Both the position numbers and the translations under genes were made by a program. 64,000 nucleotides of DNA from the IMG/VR virus record IMGVR_UViG_3300032163_000012, positions 726 through 64,725 of that record; one strand, 5' to 3'. The first letter of the stretch is position 1, and each line of letters opens with the position of its first letter. Below are positions 17,587 to 28,036 of the stretch, in pieces. This DNA is from a virus. Lineage: Duplodnaviria; Caudoviricetes. The notes below the pieces were generated by a model, which had not been told where the DNA came from, made no database searches, and was given only the letters and a program-made list of their open reading frames with translations.

Positions 17587-17874
17587 ATGAGTTACAGCTT
17601 CAACGCACGTGGCGCGAACAAGTCGGCGCTGATGGATGCCGTGAAAGAGGAAATGAGAATGGTGGTGTCGCAGCAGCCGTCGCACAAGCAGGATCGTGAC
17701 GTCGTGCTCGGTGCTGCGGAATCGCTGGCCGATTTGCTTATGCCGGATGCGAGCAAGGACATGTTCACGCAGATGAACGGGTCGCTCTCGACCAATGGCG
17801 AGGGCCACGTGACGTATGCGAGCGTCAGCATCACCGTGGACCTGGTCGAAAAGCTGCCGCCAAAAGCTGCGTAG
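17587..17874 (+). CDS. hypothetical protein
   Basis: GGAG RBS after AT-rich tract. Confidence 0.7.
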   Translation: MSYSFNARGANKSALMDAVKEEMRMVVSQQPSHKQDRDVVLGAAESLADLLMPDASKDMFTQMNGSLSTNGEGHVTYASVSITVDLVEKLPPKAA

Positions 17875-18350
17875 GTGCGCAACGCGAAGGAAAAGCCGGA
17901 GCCGAGGCCGATCACGGCGCAGGTGCCGGATTATTGCGCGCCGTTCGGTGTTGACCAGCGCGGGAAAGAGCACCAGCAGCAGTTCGGAGCGCGTGAAATG
18001 GTGTCGGATGGCGAGCGGACGCAGGCGCCAGGGTGCTATCGCAGGCTTCCGACGTGCGCGGACTGACACCTGTGGATAAGTCAAAAATTGGCGCGGAACC
18101 CCACGGAGGTACGCATGGTGAGGAATTGGCGGGGGCACTGCCGCCAGTGGTGGCGGGCGAGGCGGCCGCGGGCGCATTACCGGCTGCAGATGCGCCGGCT
18201 GCGCTCGAAGCGGACGTGCCCGGGGGTGCTGGCGGGCTTGACGCGGGGCGGGAAGTAGGTCTATCCTTGAATCGAGGGGCGCCACAAGCTGAGGGAGTTG
18301 GCACCGAGCCCAATGGCCGGGTTTCCGAGGCGGCGCCCATCACGAACAGT

Positions 18351-18426
18351 CGCGGGGTAGAGCAGTTGGCAGCTCGCCTGGCTCATAACCAGGAGGTCGC
18401 TGGTTCAAGTCCAGCCCTCGCAACCA
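18351..18426 (+). tRNA. tRNA-Met(CAT), initiator type
   Basis: 76-nt cloverleaf, C1:A72 mismatch, A11-U24 pair, loop CTCATAA, encoded CCA. Confidence 0.95.
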
Positions 18427-18595
18427 CGGATACACCAAGCGCGCGGCAACTGCAGCACCCAGGGGCGGCGGAAGCGGGGCCAGACACCGCGCGATCCGCC
18501 GACCCCTCCCTCGATCTTCCTCCCTGGCCATGGCCGTGCTCACCGCGAGCAGCGCCGGCGCCTTCCGGCCTATTTCCGCACCAGAGATTCGGCTG

Positions 18596-18859
18596 ATGAC
18601 TGCCTCGATTTCCTCGCTACCAATCTGGAAGAAGGACAGCACCCCGGCTGAGTGGCTGCAGGAGATCGCCACCATTGCGATGGAGCACCCGGAGCGCTTC
18701 GCACGCATCGTTGTCGTGTGCGAGGAAGAAAACAAGGAAGGGTTCCCGTACAAGACGCGCTTCTGGTCGCGTAATCACAAGACGAACACCGATATCATCG
18801 GCTCGCTGCAAGTGTGCGCGCTCGAGGTATTCGAATACATGAAGGGGCGCCGCGAATGA
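18596..18859 (+). CDS. hypothetical protein
   Basis: ATGA-coupled to terL. Confidence 0.6.
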   Translation: MTASISSLPIWKKDSTPAEWLQEIATIAMEHPERFARIVVVCEEENKEGFPYKTRFWSRNHKTNTDIIGSLQVCALEVFEYMKGRRE

Positions 18860-20454
18860 GCGCCGTCCTCGATCGCTTCGGCACTGCTACCGGCCCGTAC
18901 ATCGGGGATTACAACGCCGAGCCCACCTGCGCCAAGTTTCACCTGTCCGATGCCTTCATTCGCGGGATTCGCGGGCCGATGGGCTCCGGGAAGTCCGTCG
19001 CCTGCGTCATGGAAATGGTGATCCGCGCGCACCAGCAGGCCCCTGATCGCCACGGCAAGCGCCGCACCCGCTGGGGGGCGATTCGCAACACCTACGGCGA
19101 GCTCAAAACCACGACGATGAAAACCTTCTCGGCGTGGGTACCGGAGTCGATCGCGCCGATCAACCGCGGCGAGCCGATGACCGCGCGCATGGTCCTGCGC
19201 CTACCAGATCGCACCACCGTCGACATGGAAGTGGTGTTCATTTCCTGCGACAAGCCGGCCGACGTCGGCAAATTGAAGTCACTCGACCTGACCGGCCTGT
19301 GGCTGAACGAAGCATCCGAGCTGGATAACGCCATTCTGGACATGGGAACTGGCCGCGTCGGGCGTTATCCGGAGAAGAAGGACGCGCCGTTCACCTGGGC
19401 GGGCGTCATCATGGACACGAACTCCATGGACGACGACCACTGGTGGTATGGCCTCGCCGAGGGCGCGGACGATCCTGACGAACAGATGCGCATCGACGAG
19501 TTGAAGAAGAACCTGCGCGAACAGCTTGCCCGCCTGGGCATGGACCGCAACCTGATGGCCTTTTTCGAGCAGCCGCCTGCGCTCCTCGAGGCGCAGGGAT
19601 CCTACGTCCCGAACCCTGCCGCCGAGAACGTGAACGGCCAGCCCATGGGGCACGCCTACTGGCTGCTGCTGGTCGCCGGCAAGGCGAAGGAATGGGTCGA
19701 TATCTATGTCATGAACAAGTACGGCAAGGTCATCGACGGCCTCGCCTGCTACAACGCCGAGTACGACGACCTGATTCACGGCGCAAAGCGGCAACTGAAA
19801 CCCATAGACGGAAAAGTGATCCGCATTGGATTGGACTTTGGCCTCTCGCCGGCCGCCATCCCGGGCCAGTGTTCCGCCACCGGGCGCCTGCTTGTGCTCG
19901 GCGAGTGCGTCCCGCCGGAGCGCTCGATCGGCATGACGCGCTTTGCCAACGACATGCTCAAGCAGTACCTGCTCGAGCGTTTCGGGCGGGCAGACGGGAA
20001 CGGGGATCCGTGGAAGTACATCGTTGTCGGCGACCCGGCAGGCGATAAGCGTAGCGAGAACGACGAGGTAAAGGGATTTCAGATCGTGCGCGATGCTGGA
20101 TTCGATATCGAGGAGGCGCCTACCAACAATTTCAGCGCGCGCCGCGACGCCGTTGCCTGGTTTCTAAACAAGACGAACGGTTTTGCGATGGACCAATCGT
20201 GCATCATGCTCCGCAAGGGATTCCGTGGCGGATACCACTACCGCCGCGTCCAAATGAGCGGCCCCGCAAGGTACTCGCAAGAAGCCCACTCAAATAAATA
20301 CACACATCCCCATGACGGACTGCAGTATTTAGCGTTACCATACGTGGCAATCGAGGTTCCGGCCTACGGAATGAAGGCGATACCGAAGTGGGCACAGAAA
20401 ATGAACTCTGGTGCGAAAGCGAACAAGCCCTGGGCAAAACGGGCAGGGCGATAG
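18856..20454 (+). CDS. terL: terminase large subunit
   Basis: Walker A GPMGSGKS, Walker B LWLNE, MDTN, GLDFG, GDPAG, HPHDGLQY. Confidence 0.95.
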   Translation: MSAVLDRFGTATGPYIGDYNAEPTCAKFHLSDAFIRGIRGPMGSGKSVACVMEMVIRAHQQAPDRHGKRRTRWGAIRNTYGELKTTTMKTFSAWVPESIAPINRGEPMTARMVLRLPDRTTVDMEVVFISCDKPADVGKLKSLDLTGLWLNEASELDNAILDMGTGRVGRYPEKKDAPFTWAGVIMDTNSMDDDHWWYGLAEGADDPDEQMRIDELKKNLREQLARLGMDRNLMAFFEQPPALLEAQGSYVPNPAAENVNGQPMGHAYWLLLVAGKAKEWVDIYVMNKYGKVIDGLACYNAEYDDLIHGAKRQLKPIDGKVIRIGLDFGLSPAAIPGQCSATGRLLVLGECVPPERSIGMTRFANDMLKQYLLERFGRADGNGDPWKYIVVGDPAGDKRSENDEVKGFQIVRDAGFDIEEAPTNNFSARRDAVAWFLNKTNGFAMDQSCIMLRKGFRGGYHYRRVQMSGPARYSQEAHSNKYTHPHDGLQYLALPYVAIEVPAYGMKAIPKWAQKMNSGAKANKPWAKRAGR

Positions 20455-20458
20455 CATC

Positions 20459-20704
20459 GTGAAAATCTTCGAACTCTCGATTGGCCAGGAAGATTACGCC
20501 AACATTCACGTGGCCAGGCTTACCATTCTCGACGTGTCGATCGCTATAGGCCACGGTCGCCGCTTCTGGTTCGTGTTCGAGTTCGACATCAACTGGGGCC
20601 ACGGTTTCTGTTTCTGTCGCGCTACATGGCCGAAGCGCATCCAGGGTGAAGCATTTCTCACCATGCTGGTGCGGCGCTTTGCGCCAGGCTGGATCCAATC
20701 GTGA
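20459..20704 (+). CDS. hypothetical protein
   Basis: fills terL-portal gap, GTGA-coupled to portal. Confidence 0.45.
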   Translation: MKIFELSIGQEDYANIHVARLTILDVSIAIGHGRRFWFVFEFDINWGHGFCFCRATWPKRIQGEAFLTMLVRRFAPGWIQS

Positions 20705-22839
20705 ACGCGCCGGCCAACTTCTTCCTCCCGAACCGCTACTCGTCGATCGAGCCCGGGCAGCAGATCGCTGGCGCCGACCCCTACGCCGATATCCGCAACC
20801 CCACCATGATGATGCCTGGCTGCCACAACCAGGATCTGATGCTCCTGATGATGGAGCGCTACCTCCGGGCCGACGCCGCCATGTCCTCGTGGGCCGAAGT
20901 CGCCAAGCGCTGCATCGATTTCTCCGAAGGTAAAATGTGGACCGCCGAGGAGCTGCAGAAGGCGGACGACGACGACCGTCCGCACCTGAACCTCAACAAA
21001 CTCGCCCCACTGATCCGCCTTGTCGTCGGCTACCACCGGCAGAACCGCATCGACAACCGTTTCCTGCCAACCGATGACTCGGCGAGCACGGAGGCGACGG
21101 CCGCGATCCTCACTAAGATCGTGAAACAGATCTCGATCAACAACAAGGAGCCCTATGTCGACACGGAAGTATTCCTCGACGGCATCCTTGGCGGCCGCGG
21201 CTACTACGACTGGCGCCTCGACTTCGAGAAAAACGACTTCGGCGAAACCAAAGGCGTCGCCAAGGACCCGTTCACGATCCGCCCGGACCCGGATGCGGAC
21301 ACCTACGATCCCAAGCTGTGGGGCTACGTGTTCGAGGGCCGCTGGTGGAACTTGGACGAGATCGAATTCACGTTCGGCAAGCGCGTGTCGCAACTGGTGT
21401 CGCCGCTGGTGGTTTCCGGCGGCTATCGCGGTGGTGTTCCTTCTGATATTCTGGATTTCGGTGAAGAACACACCCCGTGGCGCACTTTCGGGGGCCAGCA
21501 GTTCGGATCGTTTGCCTCTGGTTTCGGCTCCATCGAATCCTATATCTCATCTTCGGTGGATCCTTACCGGAAAAACATCCGGGTAGTCGATTGCCAGCAC
21601 TACCTGCGCGTGATGCAGCGCTGCATCGTGAACCTGGAGACAGGCGACCGCGAACCGATCCCGGAAATGTTCACCCGGCCGCAGATCGAGAAGATGATGC
21701 AGTGGGCGCTGATCGAGCACGTGTCGAAGGGCAATCCGTCCGGCACCTTCCCGATGCGCGTGGAGTGGCGCCCGATGAAGCGCGTGCGCTGGACCACCAT
21801 GATCGGCGATATCGTCGTCTACGACCAGTGGAGCCCATACGAGAGCTTCACCATCATTCCGTACTTCCCGTATTTCCGCCGCGGCAAGACGCGCGGCATG
21901 GTGGAGGACCTGATCGATCCGGCGCGCGAAGTGAACCTGCGGCGCTCGAGCCAGATCGACATCCTGACGCGCATCGCGCACTCCGGCTGGACCTGGGAGA
22001 AGAATTCCCTCGACGAGGAGGAGAAGATCAAGATCGAGGAGCACGGCGGCGCGGCCGGCCTCAACATCGAGTACAAGGGCCAGAGTCCGCCCGAGCGGAT
22101 CCAGCCCGGACAGATGCCCACCGGCATCGAGCGGCTTGAACAAGCCGCCACCCTCGACCTGAAAGAGATCGCCGGCATCAACGATTCGGCGCTTGGCCAG
22201 GTGGACCGCGTGCAGTCCGGACGCGCGATCGAGGCGCGCCAGAAGCAGTCCGTGCTCGGCCTCGAAATGTACATGGACAACATGAAGCGCACGAAGGACC
22301 TGTGCGGCGAGAAAAAGCTCGAAATCATCCAGAACCACTACACCGAACCGCGGATATTCAAGATCCAGGGCGATGGTGGCCTCTGGAACACGATCGGCAT
22401 CAACTCGCGCCAGGCCACCGGCGACATCCTGAACAACGTCACCGCCGGGCGCTACTCCCTGGCGATCGACGAAACCCCGCTTTCGGCCACCTTCATGGCA
22501 AGCCAGTTCGAGGAACTGACCAACATGATTCAGCTTGGCGTGGTGCAGTTGCCGATGGTGCAGGACATCGCCATCGACCTCTCCACCCTGCCGCAGAAGG
22601 AACTCATCAAGCAGCGCATGAACGCCTACCTGCGTGCGCAGGGGTTCATCACCGCGGACGAGCTGGTTGCCGCGCAGGCGGCCGGCGCCATGGTCAACCC
22701 GGCGCAGATCCAGCCACCCGGGCCTCCGCCAGGTGCGGGCAGCGCGCAAGGAAAACCCAACGCACCGCCGGAAGGTGGTAGCGTAGCACCAACAGCAGCA
22801 CCAGCTTTACCCGCACCAGCAGCAGCCATGGGAGCTTAG
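20701..22839 (+). CDS. portal protein, P22-like
   Basis: RPHLNLNKL, GMVEDLIDPAREVNLRRS, SGRAIEARQKQ; follows terL. Confidence 0.9.
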   Translation: MNAPANFFLPNRYSSIEPGQQIAGADPYADIRNPTMMMPGCHNQDLMLLMMERYLRADAAMSSWAEVAKRCIDFSEGKMWTAEELQKADDDDRPHLNLNKLAPLIRLVVGYHRQNRIDNRFLPTDDSASTEATAAILTKIVKQISINNKEPYVDTEVFLDGILGGRGYYDWRLDFEKNDFGETKGVAKDPFTIRPDPDADTYDPKLWGYVFEGRWWNLDEIEFTFGKRVSQLVSPLVVSGGYRGGVPSDILDFGEEHTPWRTFGGQQFGSFASGFGSIESYISSSVDPYRKNIRVVDCQHYLRVMQRCIVNLETGDREPIPEMFTRPQIEKMMQWALIEHVSKGNPSGTFPMRVEWRPMKRVRWTTMIGDIVVYDQWSPYESFTIIPYFPYFRRGKTRGMVEDLIDPAREVNLRRSSQIDILTRIAHSGWTWEKNSLDEEEKIKIEEHGGAAGLNIEYKGQSPPERIQPGQMPTGIERLEQAATLDLKEIAGINDSALGQVDRVQSGRAIEARQKQSVLGLEMYMDNMKRTKDLCGEKKLEIIQNHYTEPRIFKIQGDGGLWNTIGINSRQATGDILNNVTAGRYSLAIDETPLSATFMASQFEELTNMIQLGVVQLPMVQDIAIDLSTLPQKELIKQRMNAYLRAQGFITADELVAAQAAGAMVNPAQIQPPGPPPGAGSAQGKPNAPPEGGSVAPTAAPALPAPAAAMGA

Positions 22840-22874
22840 GAAGTTCACGATTCATCACGTAAAAGGAAATTATC

Positions 22875-25199
22875 ATGGGACTCAGACTAAACGGATTGCA
22901 AAAAGCAAGCGCAGCCGTACTGAAAACGCTGATGGCGCCGCAGGTAGGACGAGAGGATATCTGCGACGCAATCGGTTATCTCGAAGGCAGCGGCACGCCG
23001 GTTGCCGCAGTTGTTCCGGATTTCGTCGGCCAGTGGTACGCCGACATCGCCAATCCGCTCTCCGTCATTTGGTATCGGTCGCACGGGCGCGCCGCGAATA
23101 CCGACTGGACCGGGATGGGTGACTTCGGAACCGGCACCGTGTTCGATGGTGTAGCGGCCGGAACCGTTACCGCCAGCAAGGCGCTCGTCGTCGACGCCAA
23201 CAAGGACCTCACGAACCTGCGCCAGTTGAACGTGCTCGGCACGGGTGAAGTGGCGACGAACCAGGCACTGGGCTCCACGGCGCTCGACGCGAACACCACC
23301 GGCGCGCGCAACGTCGCCATCGGCATCGGCGCCCTGTCGGCGAACACCGTCGGCGTGGACAATACCGGCGTGGGCAAGGATGCCTTGCTCCTGAATACAA
23401 CCGGAACCGGAAATACGGCCGTTGGCTCGCTCGCCGCCGATGCCGTGTCCACTGGAACCAACAACACCGCGGGTGGCTTCAACGCGCTCGGTGCCGAAAC
23501 CACTGGCGTCAACAACGTCGCCATCGGAAAGGGCGCGCTGCTGGTGCAAGTCGGGGCTACCGGCAATACTGCTGTCGGTACCACGGCCGGCGACGCGATC
23601 ACTACCGGTTCAAATAACGTGGCGGTCGGTCTGGATGCGCTGGGCGGAACGACCACCGGAGCCAACAACGTCGCAGTCGGGAAGGATGCTCTCAAAGCGA
23701 ACACGGTAGCGACCGGCAACACGGCGGTCGGAACAACCTCTGCCGATGCCGTGACGACCGGCGTGAACAACACGGCCGTTGGCCTCGATTCCCTCGGGGC
23801 GGAAACGACCGGAACCAACAACGTCGCCGTTGGCAAAGACGCCCTCCTCGTGCAAAACGGAGCCATCGGCAACGTCGCGGTGGGTACGAGCGCCATGGAT
23901 GCCAATACGACCGGCGCAAACAACGTGGCCGTCGGTCTGGATGCGCTCGGAGGGAACACGACTGGCGCAAGCAACACCGGCGTCGGCGCCAATGCACTCA
24001 AGGCCAACACCACCGGCACTAACAACACCGCGGTCGGCAAGGACGCCGGCCTTTCCGTGACGGTGGCGACCGGCGTTACCGTTGTCGGTACGGCGGCTGG
24101 CGATGCGATCACCACCGGCATCGACAATACCGCTGTCGGTCTGGACGCGCTCGGAGCGGAAACGACCGGAACCAACAACGTCGCCATTGGCAAGGGTGCC
24201 CTCTTGGTGCAAAACGGCGCCATCGGGAATACCGCCGTCGGTAAAACTGCTGGCGACGCGATCACCACCGGCGCCAACAATACGCTGATGGGTCTGGATG
24301 CCGGGGGTGCGCTTACTACCGGAGCAAGCAACACTGCTGTTGGTAAAGATGCGCTCCTGATCGCTACAACCGCTACTGGTGACACGATCATCGGTGCCGC
24401 CGCAGGCGATGCCCTGACAACCGGGTCGAATAACACCGCGGTAGGACTCAGCGCCTTGAGTGCGGACACGACTGGGGCAAGCAACGTCGCCGTCGGTAAG
24501 GATGCGATGCTCATTGCCACCGGCAGCACCAACTGCGTGGCCGTGGGAGCAACCGCCCTGGATGCCATGACGACCACCGGGGCGAACAACACCGCTGTCG
24601 GTTTCGATTCTCTTGGTCTCAATACCACCGGAGTTTCCAACACAGCGGTAGGCTCTGGCGCTGGCAACACGCTGACGACCGGAACCGGAAACGTCTGCAT
24701 CGGCAAGGCTGCAGTGACCAGCGCGGCGGGATCGGTTAACCAAATCGCAATCGGCAATACCGCAACCGGGCTCGCGGATTCGGCAGTCGTCATCGGCGTA
24801 TCTGCGACGCAGATTCGGTGCGACTTCGGCACGGATGCCGTGTGGGACCAAGCCTCCGACATTCGCAAGAAGAACGTCATCGGTCCGTCCACTCTGGGGC
24901 TGAGCTTCATCGATCAACTCGAGCCGTTCGAGTTCACCTGGAAGCCGGTCAACGAGTGGCCGGTGGAGTGGGGCGTCGACCCGAATACGGAACATATCGA
25001 CAGCACCACGAAATGCCAGGGGATGTCCGCGCAGGCCGTCAAAGCCGCGCTCGATGCCTGCGGCGTGACCGTGTTCGATGGTTGGTCGCAGGATCCGAAC
25101 GGCATGCAGCGCCTGGGGCCGTCGGCGTTCGTCTACCCGCTTATCAACGCGGTGAAGGAACTCTCCGCCAGGTGCAAGAAACTGGAGGGGGCCGCCTAG
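22875..25199 (+). CDS. fibre protein with beta-roll repeats and C-terminal S74-type intramolecular chaperone
   Basis: many 14-residue N(T/V)AVGxxALxxxTTG repeats; ASDIRKKN...GLSFIDQLEP...AQAV...LINAVKELS. Confidence 0.8.
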   Translation: MGLRLNGLQKASAAVLKTLMAPQVGREDICDAIGYLEGSGTPVAAVVPDFVGQWYADIANPLSVIWYRSHGRAANTDWTGMGDFGTGTVFDGVAAGTVTASKALVVDANKDLTNLRQLNVLGTGEVATNQALGSTALDANTTGARNVAIGIGALSANTVGVDNTGVGKDALLLNTTGTGNTAVGSLAADAVSTGTNNTAGGFNALGAETTGVNNVAIGKGALLVQVGATGNTAVGTTAGDAITTGSNNVAVGLDALGGTTTGANNVAVGKDALKANTVATGNTAVGTTSADAVTTGVNNTAVGLDSLGAETTGTNNVAVGKDALLVQNGAIGNVAVGTSAMDANTTGANNVAVGLDALGGNTTGASNTGVGANALKANTTGTNNTAVGKDAGLSVTVATGVTVVGTAAGDAITTGIDNTAVGLDALGAETTGTNNVAIGKGALLVQNGAIGNTAVGKTAGDAITTGANNTLMGLDAGGALTTGASNTAVGKDALLIATTATGDTIIGAAAGDALTTGSNNTAVGLSALSADTTGASNVAVGKDAMLIATGSTNCVAVGATALDAMTTTGANNTAVGFDSLGLNTTGVSNTAVGSGAGNTLTTGTGNVCIGKAAVTSAAGSVNQIAIGNTATGLADSAVVIGVSATQIRCDFGTDAVWDQASDIRKKNVIGPSTLGLSFIDQLEPFEFTWKPVNEWPVEWGVDPNTEHIDSTTKCQGMSAQAVKAALDACGVTVFDGWSQDPNGMQRLGPSAFVYPLINAVKELSARCKKLEGAA

Positions 25200-25201
25200 C
25201 C

Positions 25202-25831
25202 ATGGAATCTGCAATCCGCAAGTTTCATCCCGGGCCCGCAACCCGGATTGCATCCGACCTGCTGCGCCTGAATCTTGGCTGCGGAAGGAGTGCTATGCCT
25301 GGCTGGATCAACGTCGATCAGGTCGCTCTGCCCGGCGTTGATCTAACGGCGGACCTCTCGGCCTTACGCGAGAATCGCCTGCCATTCGACGAGAACAGCG
25401 TCGACCAATTCATGATGTCGCACGTCATCGAGCACATCACGGACACGCTCTCGCTCATGCAGGAGCTTCACCGCATCGCCAAGCCGGACGCGACGATTAC
25501 GATTCGCTGCCCTTACGGCTCGAGCGACGATGCCTGGGAGGACCCCACGCACGTCCGCGCCTATTTCATCCAAAGCTTTGGCTATTTCTCCCAGCCCTAC
25601 TACTGGCGCGCTGACTACGGATACCGTGGCGACTGGCAGCCTGAAACACTGGAACTTATCGTAAGCAAGGAATACGAAGGCGCCGATGCTCACGCCGTCC
25701 TGCAGCGCGTGTACCGCGAGCGGAACGTCGTCACGGAAATGATAGCGACGCTGCGCGCAGTGAAGCCTATCCGCGAGTGCAGACGCGATCTGCAGGTGCT
25801 GCCGAAAATCACGTTCATGGCAATATCATGA
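25202..25831 (+). CDS. class I SAM-dependent methyltransferase
   Basis: LNLGCG...GWINVD...LPFDENSVD...SHVIEHI...EDPTH. Confidence 0.85.
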   Translation: MESAIRKFHPGPATRIASDLLRLNLGCGRSAMPGWINVDQVALPGVDLTADLSALRENRLPFDENSVDQFMMSHVIEHITDTLSLMQELHRIAKPDATITIRCPYGSSDDAWEDPTHVRAYFIQSFGYFSQPYYWRADYGYRGDWQPETLELIVSKEYEGADAHAVLQRVYRERNVVTEMIATLRAVKPIRECRRDLQVLPKITFMAIS

Positions 25832-26490
25832 GAAAAGTGCTGATCGGAACACCCTGCCACGACGGCCGCACCGAAGTCTGGTACAACAATTCGCTGCGCC
25901 TGACCGAGCGCGCCGCGGCGGCAAATAACATCGAAACCACGCCGGTCTACATGGCCTACGACTCCCTGGTGCAGCGCGCGCGCAACGATCTGGTTGCGCT
26001 GGCTCTGGAAGGTGGATTCGATGATCTGTTTTTCATCGATGCCGACATGCGCTGGGAACCGGAGTGGGCGCTTTCGATCATGTCGCACGACGTCGACGTG
26101 GTCGGCGCGGCCTACCGCAAGAAAACGGACGACAAGGAAATTTACACCGTCAAGGCGTCGCAGCCGATTCCGGTGGACATGAAATCCGGGCTCTGGATCG
26201 TGCAAGGCATCGGCACCGGGTTCCTGCGCCTATCGAGGCGCGCACTATACGCGCTGTGGGACTCCTCCGAGGAATACCGCAACGAGGGCAAGACGTGCCG
26301 CTGGATCTTCGATGTATGCCCAGTCAATGGCGATCTGATGGGCGAGGACATGATCGCGTGCGAAAAGTTGAGCCGGCTAGGCTTTCCAATCATGCTCGAT
26401 TCGTCCTTTACCCCTACTCACATCGGCGTGAAACAGTACGTCGGCGACTTCGCGCGCTACGTTGAAACTCTAAACAAGGCGGCAGCATGA
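25828..26490 (+). CDS. GT-A fold glycosyltransferase
   Basis: VLIGTP, SLVQRARN, FFIDAD (DxD), GTGFL, GED, HIG. Confidence 0.8.
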   Translation: MRKVLIGTPCHDGRTEVWYNNSLRLTERAAAANNIETTPVYMAYDSLVQRARNDLVALALEGGFDDLFFIDADMRWEPEWALSIMSHDVDVVGAAYRKKTDDKEIYTVKASQPIPVDMKSGLWIVQGIGTGFLRLSRRALYALWDSSEEYRNEGKTCRWIFDVCPVNGDLMGEDMIACEKLSRLGFPIMLDSSFTPTHIGVKQYVGDFARYVETLNKAAA

Positions 26491-26624
26491 GCAAGCGCAG
26501 CGACATGGAGAAGAAGCGCTTCGAGGCCGCGGTGCAGGAGCAACTGCGCCTGCGCTCGATATTCAGGATCAAGCCGTCGGTGCTGGCGGTACGCCAGGCG
26601 CTGCGGCAACTGGGAAGGAGTTAG
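26487..26624 (+). CDS. 45-aa hypothetical protein
   Basis: ATGA overlap; carries the RBS of the next gene. Confidence 0.45.
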   Translation: MSKRSDMEKKRFEAAVQEQLRLRSIFRIKPSVLAVRQALRQLGRS

Positions 26625-26627
26625 ACC

Positions 26628-26936
26628 ATGGCAAAACTTTATGTCGCCGAATACTCAGGGATGGCCAAAGCTTGGGCCGAGCCGGCCCCAATCGCGGCGC
26701 CCCAGGAGCCGTGCATCACCGACCAGACCCCGGTGGTGATCGGCGCCGGATCGCTACAGTCTGCCGCGTTCAGCGGCGCGACGCGCGTTATCCGCGTGCA
26801 CACTGACGCCATCTGCTCTATTGCAATCGGCGCCAATCCAACGGCTACCGCCGACAACAAGCGCATGCCGGCCGGGGCGACCGAGTATTTTGGGGTAACT
26901 CCCGGGCACAAGATCGCGGTCATCACCAACACTTGA
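26628..26936 (+). CDS. putative virion protein
   Basis: AAGGAG RBS; beta-rich, ANPTAT...EYFGV. Confidence 0.6.
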   Translation: MAKLYVAEYSGMAKAWAEPAPIAAPQEPCITDQTPVVIGAGSLQSAAFSGATRVIRVHTDAICSIAIGANPTATADNKRMPAGATEYFGVTPGHKIAVITNT

Positions 26937-26946
26937 GGAGAACGAC

Positions 26947-27528
26947 ATGCTCGGACCAGTTAGCATCGGAACCCAACAGGATATCGACACTGCGTTACGG
27001 CTGGCTAAACTGGTTTCCGATCCAGACACAGCCGCCGCGCGCTTGGCTGAATTGAAGGCTGCTGCAGAGCAGGCAAACGCACTGATCGAAACGGCTAACG
27101 CCAGGGACAAGGAATCATCCCAGCGTGAGGCGAAGATCGGACAACTGATCGATTCTGCCAATGCGCTGGATGTAGAGTCAAAGAAGAAGTCGGAACAGGC
27201 GGAGCGCGAAGGCCGGCGCCTAATGCAGCGCATTGAACAGGATCGCAATGCTCTTAAGGCGGAGCGCGAGCGATTCGAATATGCGAGTGCCGCGACGCAA
27301 CGCAGGCTCTCCGACCTGGAAGCCTCGATTCAACCATCGCTCGACAGCTTGAAAAAACAGCAGGCCGATGCCAAGAGGGCCTTTGAGGAGCGCGACGCAG
27401 CGCTCGTGAAGGCTGAATCAGGTCTGGCCGCCCGCGAGAAAGAGCTTGCAGACGCCATTGCGAAGGCCACCGCCACTCGAAACGAGTACGAGAGCAAGAT
27501 CGATGCTCTCAGAAAAACCATAGCCTAG
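26947..27528 (+). CDS. coiled-coil protein
   Basis: GAGGAG RBS; heptad-rich. Confidence 0.7.
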   Translation: MLGPVSIGTQQDIDTALRLAKLVSDPDTAAARLAELKAAAEQANALIETANARDKESSQREAKIGQLIDSANALDVESKKKSEQAEREGRRLMQRIEQDRNALKAERERFEYASAATQRRLSDLEASIQPSLDSLKKQQADAKRAFEERDAALVKAESGLAAREKELADAIAKATATRNEYESKIDALRKTIA

Positions 27529-27551
27529 CGCCACAGGCATAAGGAGCAATC

Positions 27552-28028
27552 ATGGCTGTATTCGTAAGGTTCAACCAGTTCGTCGCTGACCTGTGCAACG
27601 GTGGGAACCTCAACCTGTCGTCGGATGCCCTGAAATTGGGTCTTACCGGCACCACACCGGTCAATACCGATACCGACGTCAATACCTCATTGTCCCCGGA
27701 TCAGTTAGTCGGGTCTGCCGCTGTGGAGATTGCGGCCGGCAACGGGTACACCGAGGGTGGCGCTGCAGTCACAGTAACTACGGCGTCACAGGCGGCTGGT
27801 ACGTACACCCTTGCCGCTAATCAGGTGGTGTTTACGGGAGGGCCGGCGGCCATGACGGCGTTCCGCTACCTCTACCTGTACGACAACACGGCCGGGGCGG
27901 CAGCTACCAGACCTGTAATTGGGTGGTGGGACTACGCTTCGTCGCTGACATTGAACAACGGCGACACGCTTACCGTCAAGTTTAACAACGCGAACCCCGG
28001 AACCATCCTCACAATCACGTCGCCATAA
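27552..28028 (+). CDS. putative virion structural protein
   Basis: AAGGAG RBS; GNGYTEGG...FRYLYLY...IGWWDY...LNNGDTLTV. Confidence 0.65.
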   Translation: MAVFVRFNQFVADLCNGGNLNLSSDALKLGLTGTTPVNTDTDVNTSLSPDQLVGSAAVEIAAGNGYTEGGAAVTVTTASQAAGTYTLAANQVVFTGGPAAMTAFRYLYLYDNTAGAAATRPVIGWWDYASSLTLNNGDTLTVKFNNANPGTILTITSP

Positions 28029-28036
28029 GGACAAAC

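Noticed and set aside
18033-18596. 187-aa ORF across the tRNA
   Set aside because: Low-complexity product overlapping a clear tRNA and its promoter
18856-22839. Intein or intron in terminase or portal
   Set aside because: Normal lengths and uninterrupted motifs
22976-25253. Long antisense ORFs (644 and 547 aa)
   Set aside because: Mirror frames of the repetitive GC-rich fibre gene
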